A stretch of 64,000 nucleotides of DNA from an uncultured bacterium. Lineage in GTDB: Bacteria; Margulisbacteria; WOR-1; JAKLHX01. Positions 9,631-20,200 of the stretch are shown here, piece after piece; within the stretch, counting starts at the first letter, position 1; each line of letters opens with the position of its first letter. The translations under genes and the position numbers were made by a program. The notes beneath the pieces are model-generated. The model was not told the DNA's origin, made no database searches, and was given only the letters and a program-made list of their open reading frames with translations. Location: positions 4,598-68,597 of the forward strand of contig CAZWKB010000003.1 of NCBI GenBank assembly GCA_964633925.1. The letters are read 5' to 3'.

Positions 9631-12258
9631 ATGGCAAATGAAACAATTTTTGATTCCTTAGGCCAAGACTATTTATATAACAACCTGCCAGCTGTTTATA
9701 GAACGTTAGACAACGAGCAAAAACTTATTCTTAAAAGATTGCTTGAAGCCATTCAGGGTGGTGGTTTAGAACCGATACTACAATCGATTATAGATATGGT
9801 TGATGTAAATTTGGTAGATAATCTTAATCAGGAAGAGCTAAAGTTACTTGGTAAGACATTTGGTTATGAATATAGTTATACTCTTCCTATTGAGCGCCAA
9901 AGAAAAATAATCAAAAATATAGTTGAAATATTTAAAAGAAAAGGTACTAAATCATCTGTTATATTTGTAGCTAAAGAGATAACTGGTTTTGATACAGAAA
10001 TCTCTGACCTTGGTAGTAAAGTTTTTAGAACATGGTCTACAAATCAACATAATGAATTAGAAGGATATACTACACCAAGAACATATAAAGCAGGAAATGC
10101 AGATAACTCAAGGTATTTAGGCAAAAAACATAGAGGTTCTAATGTAGTTATTAAGTTAACACCACTCGCTGGTGGAATTTTGAAGTTCGATATGGTCATG
10201 GCTTTAATAGAGATTTTAAAAATGGTATTACCAGTATATACAAATCCATTTTTATTAGTATCTAGTATTGAGCTTCCAGAAGACTATACACCAATACTAG
10301 ACGAATATGACTTATTTGTTTTGAAAGATTTGGAGTCTTATACGGTAAAACCAGATATTGAATATTTGAATATTGACATAAGTATCTTGGCTTCATTAGA
10401 AGATTCAAACCCGTTCAATTATTCATATCAAGAAAATACAATTATAAGATTAATCACAGAAGATGAAATATTCTCTAATGCTCTATCAGAAGTAACTTAC
10501 TTTAATGATAGGTATGTTTATAGAGAAGAATATATTCCTGTTGCAATTGATGAAGATTCAAGTAAGATTATATTCTTACCAATAGAAGAGGCTAAAAACT
10601 TAATTAAATCTAAAACATCAGAAACAAATCTATTCGATATTGTCTCTGAACAAATGCATGTAGATATTGAAGAAGAGGCTGACAGGCATTGGGGTGAAAG
10701 TACTGACGAACATGAAAATCCTTTCTTAATTAAAATTAAGGAATACGAAACGTTCTCAGCTTCAGGGACTACAGAATCTGACTTGCCTATGATTATAAGA
10801 ATAAAATCTTCAGATGAAGTGTTTAATCCAACAGTTCTTGAAGAAATGTTTACAATCGAAGACACTCTAACATCCGGTTATGGATTAATATTAGATGGCA
10901 TTAGCAGTAGAGCATATACTGAAAGCAATCCTTTAAGTTCTGGAGCTAAAACTATTGCAGTCAAAGTAAAACCTTCAGCATCTAATGATGACTATGCTAG
11001 AATTGTTCAGGCTTCTACTGCATCAAATACTGGCTGGAGCATTAGATTATTAGGAAATAAAATTATTGCTCAAGTAAAAGAATATAGCATTGATTATAAT
11101 GCTGCTTCAAGCGATTTAGTATTTGATGGTGAACATGAATATCAAATACATTTAACATTTGACGGAACTAATACTCCAAAATTATTTATCGATGGAGTAT
11201 TACAATCTGGAACGGCAACAGACGAAGCCGGAGACGATGGAGGAACTGGTATTTATGTTGGTGCTAAAACTGGCGGTACGAGCTACTTCTTTGATGGAAT
11301 AGTTAGAGATTTAGTGCTTTATTCAAGAGCTATGTCTGATATAGAAGTAGAAGATGACCAAGACTATAGGCCAAATGGAAACGAATCCGGATTACAAGCA
11401 TACTGGAAATTCGATGACATGAGTGGTTCAGAAGCACAAGACTATACTTTAAACGAAAACAATATGACAGTAGTTTTAGCATCTTGGTTATATACTTTAA
11501 TGAAGCACGACTCCGGTGACGCTTTAGATGATAAGTATGAACAAGCGATAAGCTTGGCTAAAACAGACTCTGGTACTGGTACTGATACAAAATCTGCACA
11601 GGCAGTCAATATTTCCAAAACAGACTCTGGTACTGGTACTGATACAATGAATTCTAACGTTGAAACAAGAGTTATTAATTCTACAGACTCTGGTACAGCT
11701 GCAGAAACAGTTACAGGTATTTCTCAAACGCTTTATATCAGTGTTTCAGACTCTGGTACTGCTACAGAATCGCATACGTTAGATGAAGGTTCTGCAGAAC
11801 CAACAATTACATTGATAATGAATAATTCTAAACTTGAACTAGGCTTAGGTAGCGGTGGAGGATTTGCATACAACTACGGTGCTACAATCGCAGAAGGGCA
11901 AACACCTCTTGATGGAGGTCAAGTAATAAGATGTCAACAAGTATGCGATATGCTAAGGTATCAAACTGGCGTATCAGTTGCTTCTGGAAAAAAAGTAAGA
12001 TTTAGAATGTCAATTAAAGCAGACCCAAGCTATATAAACAACGCGGATACTCAAGTATTTATGTTACTTAGAGTTGGAAGTACAGATACTAGAGTTAACT
12101 TACCAACAGGTTCTGCATTTGATTGGACAGAATTCGATGCAGAATACACACTATCTAGCGCATTCAACGGAGAGATAGACGTTTGGTTTAAAATTGAAGG
12201 AAGCGCTACTGCAAATACTGCTTATTGGGTTAGACAATTTGAAGTTGGATGGTTATAA
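9631..12258 (+). CDS. Baseplate/tail protein gpI-like N-terminus fused to LamG-like jelly-roll, TDSGT repeats and a C-terminal binding domain
   Basis: N-terminus LPAVYRT...KNIVEIFKRKGTKSSV is P2 gpI-like. The middle GYGLILDG...LFIDGVLQ...FDGIVRDLVLYSRAMS is LamG/ConA-like. Four (T/S)DSGT repeats are present. Confidence 0.65.
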   Translation: MANETIFDSLGQDYLYNNLPAVYRTLDNEQKLILKRLLEAIQGGGLEPILQSIIDMVDVNLVDNLNQEELKLLGKTFGYEYSYTLPIERQRKIIKNIVEIFKRKGTKSSVIFVAKEITGFDTEISDLGSKVFRTWSTNQHNELEGYTTPRTYKAGNADNSRYLGKKHRGSNVVIKLTPLAGGILKFDMVMALIEILKMVLPVYTNPFLLVSSIELPEDYTPILDEYDLFVLKDLESYTVKPDIEYLNIDISILASLEDSNPFNYSYQENTIIRLITEDEIFSNALSEVTYFNDRYVYREEYIPVAIDEDSSKIIFLPIEEAKNLIKSKTSETNLFDIVSEQMHVDIEEEADRHWGESTDEHENPFLIKIKEYETFSASGTTESDLPMIIRIKSSDEVFNPTVLEEMFTIEDTLTSGYGLILDGISSRAYTESNPLSSGAKTIAVKVKPSASNDDYARIVQASTASNTGWSIRLLGNKIIAQVKEYSIDYNAASSDLVFDGEHEYQIHLTFDGTNTPKLFIDGVLQSGTATDEAGDDGGTGIYVGAKTGGTSYFFDGIVRDLVLYSRAMSDIEVEDDQDYRPNGNESGLQAYWKFDDMSGSEAQDYTLNENNMTVVLASWLYTLMKHDSGDALDDKYEQAISLAKTDSGTGTDTKSAQAVNISKTDSGTGTDTMNSNVETRVINSTDSGTAAETVTGISQTLYISVSDSGTATESHTLDEGSAEPTITLIMNNSKLELGLGSGGGFAYNYGATIAEGQTPLDGGQVIRCQQVCDMLRYQTGVSVASGKKVRFRMSIKADPSYINNADTQVFMLLRVGSTDTRVNLPTGSAFDWTEFDAEYTLSSAFNGEIDVWFKIEGSATANTAYWVRQFEVGWL
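11560..11647 (+). repeat. In-frame direct repeat (31 bp perfect, 57-bp period) plus two degenerate copies downstream
   Basis: AAAACAGACTCTGGTACTGGTACTGATACAA occurs at 11560-11590 and 11617-11647. CAGACTCTGGTAC recurs near 11684 and 11748. Confidence 0.9.
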
Positions 12259-12270
12259 GGAGGATAAATC

Positions 12271-12396
12271 ATGGACAAAGAAAAAGGAACTGTATCTACG
12301 AATGTGTCTATTGATAAGTATGATGAAAAAATGGTACTAATCGATAGATATAATTCTGAGGATGAAAATCAAATAAACAAAAAGGAGGTTAATTAA
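12271..12396 (+). CDS. Small hypothetical protein (41 aa)
   Basis: ATG lies 7 nt after AGGAGG (12258-12263). Encodes MDKEKGTVSTNVSIDKYDEKMVLIDRYNSEDENQINKKEVN*. It fills the gap between two genes and is below the ORF-track length cutoff. Confidence 0.5.
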   Translation: MDKEKGTVSTNVSIDKYDEKMVLIDRYNSEDENQINKKEVN

Positions 12397-12397
12397 A

Positions 12398-12901
12398 ATG
12401 ACTCTTGATAGTGTAAAGAAGTGGACAGTCAAATCAAAACTTGAAAAATTTCATAACGACAAGGACTTTATTGAAAATAAGCCTTTTGAGGTTATGGAAA
12501 TGGACGGCAATAGCCTTCTTGATGAAGGTATTAATTTGCTGTGGAATCTTGTTTGTGGAGCAGCTGGAACAGCATTCTCAAATGCCAATGCCTTTATTGG
12601 CGTAGGTGATAGCTCAACTGCAGCTGTAAGAACGCAAACTGGATTACAAGGTTCAAACAAGTTCTATAAAGCTATGGACGCAACATATCCGCAGTCAGGT
12701 GCCAGTGCAAAGGCAGTGTTCAAATCTACATTTGCTTCATCTGAAGCCAATTTTGCTTGGAACGAGTGGTCAGTGGCAAACGGCAATGGTACTGCTGGAG
12801 ATACTTCTACGGTTATCAATCTTAATCGTAAAGTAGAATCAATGGGAACAAAAGCTTCAGGTTCAACTTGGGTATTAACTGTAGAAATCAGTCTAACCTA
12901 A
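12398..12901 (+). CDS. Hypothetical virion protein, paralogue of 13032..13559
   Basis: Shares the layout ...G-rich loop...IGVGDS/AIGSGL...NWxEF/AWNEW...K(V/T)xS with the next gene. Sits in the fibre region. Confidence 0.5.
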   Translation: MTLDSVKKWTVKSKLEKFHNDKDFIENKPFEVMEMDGNSLLDEGINLLWNLVCGAAGTAFSNANAFIGVGDSSTAAVRTQTGLQGSNKFYKAMDATYPQSGASAKAVFKSTFASSEANFAWNEWSVANGNGTAGDTSTVINLNRKVESMGTKASGSTWVLTVEISLT

Positions 12902-12904
12902 GGC

Positions 12905-12944
12905 AAATACCTATACATGTGTTTATATTGGTATATGGTATTTC
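12905..12944 (+). terminator. Possible terminator hairpin
   Basis: AAATACC(T)ATAC...GTAT(AT)GGTATTT stem of about 12 bp with one bulge, followed by a weak T-run. Confidence 0.3.
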
Positions 12945-12946
12945 GT

Positions 12947-12964
12947 AATTCTAGCAGGGTCTAG
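12947..12964 (+). repeat. Partial third copy of the 43-bp intergenic element
   Basis: AATTCTAGCAGGGTCTAG compared with AATCTAGCAGGGTTCTAG at 37573-37590. Upstream TGTGTTT is also shared. Confidence 0.5.
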
Positions 12965-13031
12965 TAAAGGCTAAGAAACGTAATAAGCATGGTTTAATAT
13001 TAAAACAAATTAAATAAGGAGGTATTTTATA

Positions 13032-13559
13032 ATGAATGACAAAATGAGTAATGTAAGAAATTTAATGGTCGGCGAATTCAGAGATATTATTCGTCATAAA
13101 GACGGAAAAGTCGAAACTACTGATTGGAATAAAAACCTTATCGTAGATGATATCATTAGAGCAATCGCATGCGCTTTGAAAGGCGATGCCGGTATCAAAT
13201 ACTGGGCAATTGGTAGCGGTTTAAGCGATTGGGATGATGTAAATCCTCCAGCTGCTACTGCTTCTGATGTTGAACTCGTAACAGAGATTGGCAGAAAAGC
13301 ATTAACTTCTGGTGCATTCCAATATGTTGATGGAAGCGGTAACCCTACTGCCTCAATCACAAACAGAATCTTGATTACATTAACATTCACATATGACGAA
13401 TGTAACGGTAACTGGAGAGAATTTTCTATCATTGGTGGTAGTAATGCTACTGCTTCGGCAGATACTGGCATTTGCTTAAACCATAAGACACACGGTTTGA
13501 TTGTTAAAACAAGCAGCATGGAGATTGAAAGACAAATCAGATTTACTTTCAATAATTAA
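13032..13559 (+). CDS. Hypothetical virion protein, paralogue of 12398..12901
   Basis: See 12398..12901. Has a strong AGGAGG RBS. Confidence 0.5.
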   Translation: MNDKMSNVRNLMVGEFRDIIRHKDGKVETTDWNKNLIVDDIIRAIACALKGDAGIKYWAIGSGLSDWDDVNPPAATASDVELVTEIGRKALTSGAFQYVDGSGNPTASITNRILITLTFTYDECNGNWREFSIIGGSNATASADTGICLNHKTHGLIVKTSSMEIERQIRFTFNN

Positions 13560-13577
13560 TGAAAGGAGAGGAATAAC

Positions 13578-14273
13578 ATGGCAGATTTTAGCCAAAACGA
13601 CAAATTCAACCCTGAAGCCGGTTTTTCCTCTATTCGTTTTAGTGGAGATGGTTTTGTTCTTGAAACTGAATTAAATGAAATGCAAAAAATATTTCAGAAT
13701 AAAGTCAAAACCATCTTTAAAAACTATTTGACTGATGGTATTTTCAATCTTGGTACTACTGAATATAATGCAGGAGTGTTTACTATTCGAGATGAAGTAG
13801 CCGTTATTGATGGTGAAATTCTTCAAATTACAACATTGACTATAGAAGCCGATGAGGGCGAAGATATTTATCTTGATATGTGGACAAAGGAAGTTACTTT
13901 CGAAGATGCTTTAAAGAGATTTGGTAATGAGCAGACAGAAGACACTGTTCCAAACGAAATTCTCGACCAAAGAGCTTTGGAAGAAACTACAAGAAGGTTT
14001 GTAACTGCATTCAATATCACAAAAACTACCGGTGAGGAAGACCATCAATATCTATTGCTTGGAACTATAACGGATGGAGAGTTCGAACAGAAAGTTTCTG
14101 GAATAGGCGGCAAACTTGATAAGAGCGGTGGTACTATGGAAGGACCTTTAACTGCCAATTCTAATAATCAATATGCGACACGCCAAGTAAGAAACATTAT
14201 AGTATCTACGGCTGACCCTACTGAAGAAGATGGGCAGAATGGAGATATTTGGTTTAAATATGCAGCAGAATAG
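13578..14273 (+). CDS. Tail fibre / baseplate-attached fibre protein
   Basis: N-terminal FVLETELNEMQ and C-terminal GGKLDKSGGTMEGPL...GDIWFKY are motifs common in phage fibre proteins. Confidence 0.4.
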   Translation: MADFSQNDKFNPEAGFSSIRFSGDGFVLETELNEMQKIFQNKVKTIFKNYLTDGIFNLGTTEYNAGVFTIRDEVAVIDGEILQITTLTIEADEGEDIYLDMWTKEVTFEDALKRFGNEQTEDTVPNEILDQRALEETTRRFVTAFNITKTTGEEDHQYLLLGTITDGEFEQKVSGIGGKLDKSGGTMEGPLTANSNNQYATRQVRNIIVSTADPTEEDGQNGDIWFKYAAE

Positions 14274-14284
14274 GAGGTGCAAGA

Positions 14285-17200
14285 ATGCTTAAAAGAGTTT
14301 TAGTCTATTACGGCTGGCTTAGTGCAATCAATGGTTTGTTTGATGTAGAAGCCGCTGCAGAAAAATTTTCAAATTATGATATAGTCATTATAGGCGATGG
14401 ATTAGAGCATCCTGCACATCCTGACTATGCTAATACAACAGCTATTATAGCTGCTACTAAAACAATTAATGTAGTCACAAAGTTTTTCGGATACATTCCA
14501 GTTGGACAATTAAGTCCATCAAAATTAGACATTTCCACGATGCAAGATTATGCAGATGAGTGGGTTGTTACTGGTGCTGACGGTATATTTCTTGATGAAT
14601 TTGGATATGATTATCATGTATCAAGAAGTTTACAGAATCAAATAGTATCATACTGTAAGAACCTCAATTTACCGGTAATTGTAAATGCTTGGAGCCAAGA
14701 ACACGTATTCGGAAAAGAAGCCTATGTTGATGGAGACTTCCATGCAAATGATTCTGGAGAAATTCCAGTTTTAAATCAAGACGATTTTATCTTATTCGAA
14801 AGTCTATTTACCTATAATGAAGAAGGCACTCAAAAATTCGCAACAGGTAATAGAATTTTTGAAGCAGTAAAATATCTTCAATTTAATAGAGAAGAATATT
14901 CAAATAAGACTTATTATGACCAATACAAAGTTAGGCCTTTGGCAGTTGATACTATTGATAAAAGCCTTGAAGACAAAAACAGGTTATTTGCAATAGGGTA
15001 TTATAGCAGTTATATGCTTAATTTTGTTGGTTATGGCGCATCTTCTCCAAATTATGGTGCTAGTGACCCAGACATAAATCACTACTTACCTTCGCCAAAT
15101 CCTAAATTAGAACCGCCTTCTTGGCATATAGTCGATGTTACTCCATATCAAAGTAGTGGTAGACAGTTTAGAACTGCTTATACAAATGACTTTGGAGACG
15201 TTATAATTAAGCTTATATGGTTAGAAGGAAATCCTGTTTGGGACATAACAAAAGGGGAGCACGTTGTATTTCTGAACGATATTGAAAAAAATACTTTTTC
15301 AGATGATGCGACAGACTTATATCCTCAATTCATAGATGACCCATTGTTTATGAAAAGCACAGAAGGGAATATATCAGTTGTTGGTAGTGAATTTCAAACA
15401 GGATATGGAGCACCAACTGATTCTCATAGATTTATCAGGCCCGGAGGTGGAGGCCTTGCCCCTGATGATTGGTGGTATTGCGGAGGACCAGAATGGCCAG
15501 GTTATGCAATTGCAATTGTTAATGTAAATACAATTGCAGAAAGAAATGCCTTAGCAGCTTCAATCGGAGTCAAACAGGTAAAAGTCCAAGAAAATGATAC
15601 ATTATATAAGTATGATGGTAGTAATTGGGTTTCGATAGTTGGCAACGACCCTAAAGAAAATTATCAAGGATTTTTGGATGCCGGAGGTCAATGGATTGAC
15701 CCTACTGACCAAGACAAAGCTCAATTAGCTTCATTGACAGACAATCCAATATACTATAATATAACCCCATACAAATTGGTTAAACTCGATGCTACAGACC
15801 CCAAAGTAAGGCAAGGGACACCGCCTTCTGATATGCCTCAGAACTATGGTTTAACTCAATGTTTTGAGCTTAATCAAACGAATAAACATTATATGAAGAT
15901 ATCTTTCTTCTATAAAACAGTTGGTTTTTCTGTTACTCCGCAGGTTAATTTCCAGGGATATAGTGCTGCTATTTTAGACAATAACTGGTCTGAAACAAAC
16001 TCTGGTGGTACTTATCTATTTATGGACACAGCATCAACATCATCACCCTGGAGAGAGGCTTCTCAGATTATAACTGCAGAATATCCTTTCTTATATGGAT
16101 TTGTCCATATGCTAGTAAGAGGCGCATCTACTGGACAGTTATTTATTACTGGATTAAAACTAGAACAATTGCAGATTGTAAAAGATGATTCAGTCGTATC
16201 TGACAATTTACTTATAAACGGAGATTTTGCCGTTGCAATTTCAGATATTAATGTTAAAGGAAACGTTCTTGGATTTGAAATGGAAAATGCAACTAAGGCA
16301 ACATACTCAACGCCTCTACCAGTAGTAAATTTCTTGGCCACTGTCGATGTTAAGCCAGAAGGCTATTTTGAACAAAGAGGTATAGTAACAAATTCAAGTT
16401 TGAATATGTATACGCTTAAAGTACCTTATCGCTCGCTTTTAGGATGTCAAGGAAAGATTATTGTTGAACTTAGAGATAGGTTTAAAAATATACTATCTTT
16501 AAAAGAAATTCAATTGGATGTAATAGAGTCTACAGTATGGAAAGAACAGCTAGTAGAATTTATTGCAGGCTATCCAGTTGAATCAGTAGACATTCGTATT
16601 GAAAATACCGGTACTACTGGAAACCTTACAATAGGTAAATTGGCTCTTACTGCTGCTGACTTAGGGATAACAGATGGCGACATAAATGCAGTTAATGGTA
16701 CTGAAGAAGAAATAACTATTAGTCAGATGGCTAGAGCAGACCATACAAGAGTTGTTGGCTTACCAGAACCAATGGGAATAAGCAAAGTTAAAGCTGACTT
16801 TTTCAAAAAATTTACAGAAGAACAGCTAATGCATGAAGATGACCCATACGAGGGAATTGTTTATATCACTGATGGTAATATAAAAGATATTTCTCCAAAA
16901 CTTTGCAGAAGATTATCTACTGTAAAAGTGTATGAAACAGTACCTTTTACACAAGGAGATTTTGAAAGCAATGCATATGATGTAGGTTCTGATACTGATT
17001 CTGTAATGGTCAAATACAATGGAATTATGATGCTGCCATACTTAAAACCACCACATCTTTCGCATATCCATACTTGGAAAGAAACTGGTGCAAATTTTTC
17101 TGCTCAGCATATGGGTAGGAGATATTATTGTGTAACAGCCTATAATGCTCAAGGTGAAACTACTAAATCAAATATTATTGTAGGTAAAGCTGAAGGCGTA

Positions 17201-20200
17201 AACGGTGTGAAAGTATCAGGTGTCATTAAACCACCTCAGTGCAAAGTACCAATAGAAATTACACCAAGTGAAGGTGCTGTTGGTTATAGAATTTATGTAA
17301 CAGAAGAGGCTACGCCTTGGAGTCAGTTACAAAACACAGTTGGTAGAGATTGGTTCTTCTTAGAATCTTCATTCTATTATGTAATGAAAATGAATTATCC
17401 TATTTGGGGAGATAATTGCTTATTAGACGAAATCACTACAGAAGAGCTTAGAGAAATGGGATATGTTTATTATGATGATGGGCATATTGCAAACACTCAG
17501 CAGGGAAAACCACCAACTTCAAATACTGCTTTAGTATATATGCTGAACGATGGGGTTTTATATTTTGATGACTTATTTAAAGACTGGGTATCAAGATATG
17601 ATTATACAAAGCTAAGCATTTTCAAAAGCGTTGATACTACGAAGAAAGAAATGAATGGCGGTATTTATCTGCCAAACAAAAAAATGTTTTATATGTCGGC
17701 AGGAACAAAACTGTTTTATCATGATGAATATCAATTAGCTGAAGTATATCAAATTGGTAATTCAGAACTTGGTGATGTAAAAGGCTGGTGTAATGATAGT
17801 GATGAAGCCTATTATGTAACAGACCAGGGTAAAATAGTTAAGCTGTCTGATGGTTCTGTAATAAGTATTGCAGGTACAGTCTTTACAAATATCTTAGGAA
17901 TTGTAAAAGAAGATAATGGATTTGCAATATTAAGAGGTAATTCTATAACAAAAATAAATATGACTGGAGCTGTGACTAGCCAGTTTAATATTCCTTCTGG
18001 AATTGCTGGTTCTTTAATAGGTTTTTCTAAGGTATTTGATAAATATGTAGTATTTAATGATACTACTAAAAAACTAATATTCTTTGATAACCTTGCAATA
18101 CGTAGTCAAATAACTCCTACTGCCGTACCAAAGTTTTTCAACGTTGTAGGTACTACACTATTTATTTATATAGCACATGAAGAAGACGAACTACCTCACT
18201 CAATGCTGCTATATGATTTGATATGCGAAAAGTACTATGGAGAGATGAATCCAGTAAAGATATTCGACTCAGAACCACAATTTCCAGATGCTGACAGACA
18301 ATTAATTTTATGGGAAAGCGACCCTAACCTATATCCGAATATAGTCCCAAATGGAGACTTCAGATGTAGTTTATTAGGAGACCAAGTATATCCAGCTTAC
18401 ACTGAAATATTCCCTTCACCACCGGCTAACGTACCTTGGTCTGTCGAAAGAGATACTGTTTTAGATGTTGAAAAAAATATAATACATTTTAAGAATGGTG
18501 GAAACACACAGGCAAGACTTTATTATTCTCGCATAGGTATAAAAGGTGGTATGCAATACCAAGTTAATCTCACCGCTAAAGCTCTCGCTTCTGGTGGTTA
18601 TGTAAATATTACATTTGGTGTAAGAAACAAGCATGATAAAGAGCGTTGGGGAATAAATAATCATGGAATTTCAATAGGCACTGAATATAAAACAATAAGC
18701 TTTAAAATCCAAATACAGGAAGAAGCCCTGTCAGTCAACGTAGATTTGAGTTTTGGTGCAGGCATTGAATATAAGGTATCGGCATTCGAAATTATACCGC
18801 TAGACCCAGTTCTAGAGATTCCAGAGTTTCTTGAAAATGGGGATATGAGTATAATAGACCAGGGTGCGAATTATCCTTCGGGCTTCAAAATGTCAAACAT
18901 GCCAAACGAAACAGGATTGGCAAATGTGACTTCATCAATGGTTTTAGATTCTACCAATGGCAATGCATGGAGAATAGTTGATACAAATACAGCTAAAGAA
19001 AAATGGTATATTGACCTACCTATTATGAAAATCACTGCAGGCGACCAATTGAGATTGAAATTTAAGTATAAATGCAGTAGTACAACAGCAGACATGCTTG
19101 TAAGAGTAATAATGTGTTTTGAAGATGGAGCTCCAATACAGAGTCTTAATGATTTTACTGTAAAAGCTTCAGATACAAACGAGCATGAATATGTATTACC
19201 TACGTCTCCATTCATGGAATACTGTACTTATGACCCAGTTCAATATCCAGCCTTTGCAGGAAAACCTTATCCTAAACTGATGGTTCGTATTCATCCGGCT
19301 GCTGGTGCTACAAGCGAATTTAGAATGTTTGCTCCAGAATTATTCGTTTCAGGTAATTCGTTACAGAGAGCAACAAATCCTGAATTTGCAGATGGAATTT
19401 CAGCATGGTATACTACGATGCCAACTCCTGTTGGAAATACGGCAATAACTGCAGAAACAAAAGATGGTGTAAAATGCGCCCACTTTGTACATGCGGGCAA
19501 TGGCACTGCACAGCTTTGCCAAGAATTTGAAATACCAAAAACTAAAAACCCAATTGAAGTTGCAATAACGCTCAAAGGTACATTAACGAGTACGCTTGCA
19601 GATGCTGCCGCTTTAAGATTTAACGATGTATTCTTCTCTAGTCCGAATGGTCAATTCAAAGATAATAGCAATGCAGATTGGCCGTTTGAAAGGATTGCAA
19701 TATATCTAGAAGCGCTTAGCGAAGCAGCTTTCCCAAAAGGTAGTTTAAACTACACTGATTGGACTACATTAAAATTTACTGTTAATCCAAAAGTTGTTGA
19801 TAATGTTACAGACTATATATTCAAATGCTCGTTGAAATGTACTATATCTTCAAACTGGGGATGCACGGCAGCAGACCTTTATATAAGAAGTATCACTTGT
19901 ACTGAAATTTCAAGTGAAGTAGTTGAGGACCCTGATGATATTGAAATAGTTTGTCAAGATACTTTTACGGTTAGTCAGGGATATATACCAATTACGCTTA
20001 AACTTAAAAAAGGTGACGAAAATGTAGCAATAGGAGCACAAACAATTCAATTGACTTCCAATGACCCAGCAGGAGAGATCGAAATTAGCAGCACTAATGT
20101 TTTAGGATATGCAAGGGCTTTGTTTATTCCTAAGGTGTTTGCTGGTATAGTAAAACTAACTGCGACATATGGAAGCGTAACTGCTACAAAAGAAATAGAA

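Noticed and set aside
11560-11647. CRISPR-like or satellite repeat (31-bp perfect repeat with a 26-bp spacer)
   Set aside because: There are only two perfect copies. They are in frame within a long ORF and encode the peptide repeat KTDSGTGTDT. It is a coding tandem duplication.
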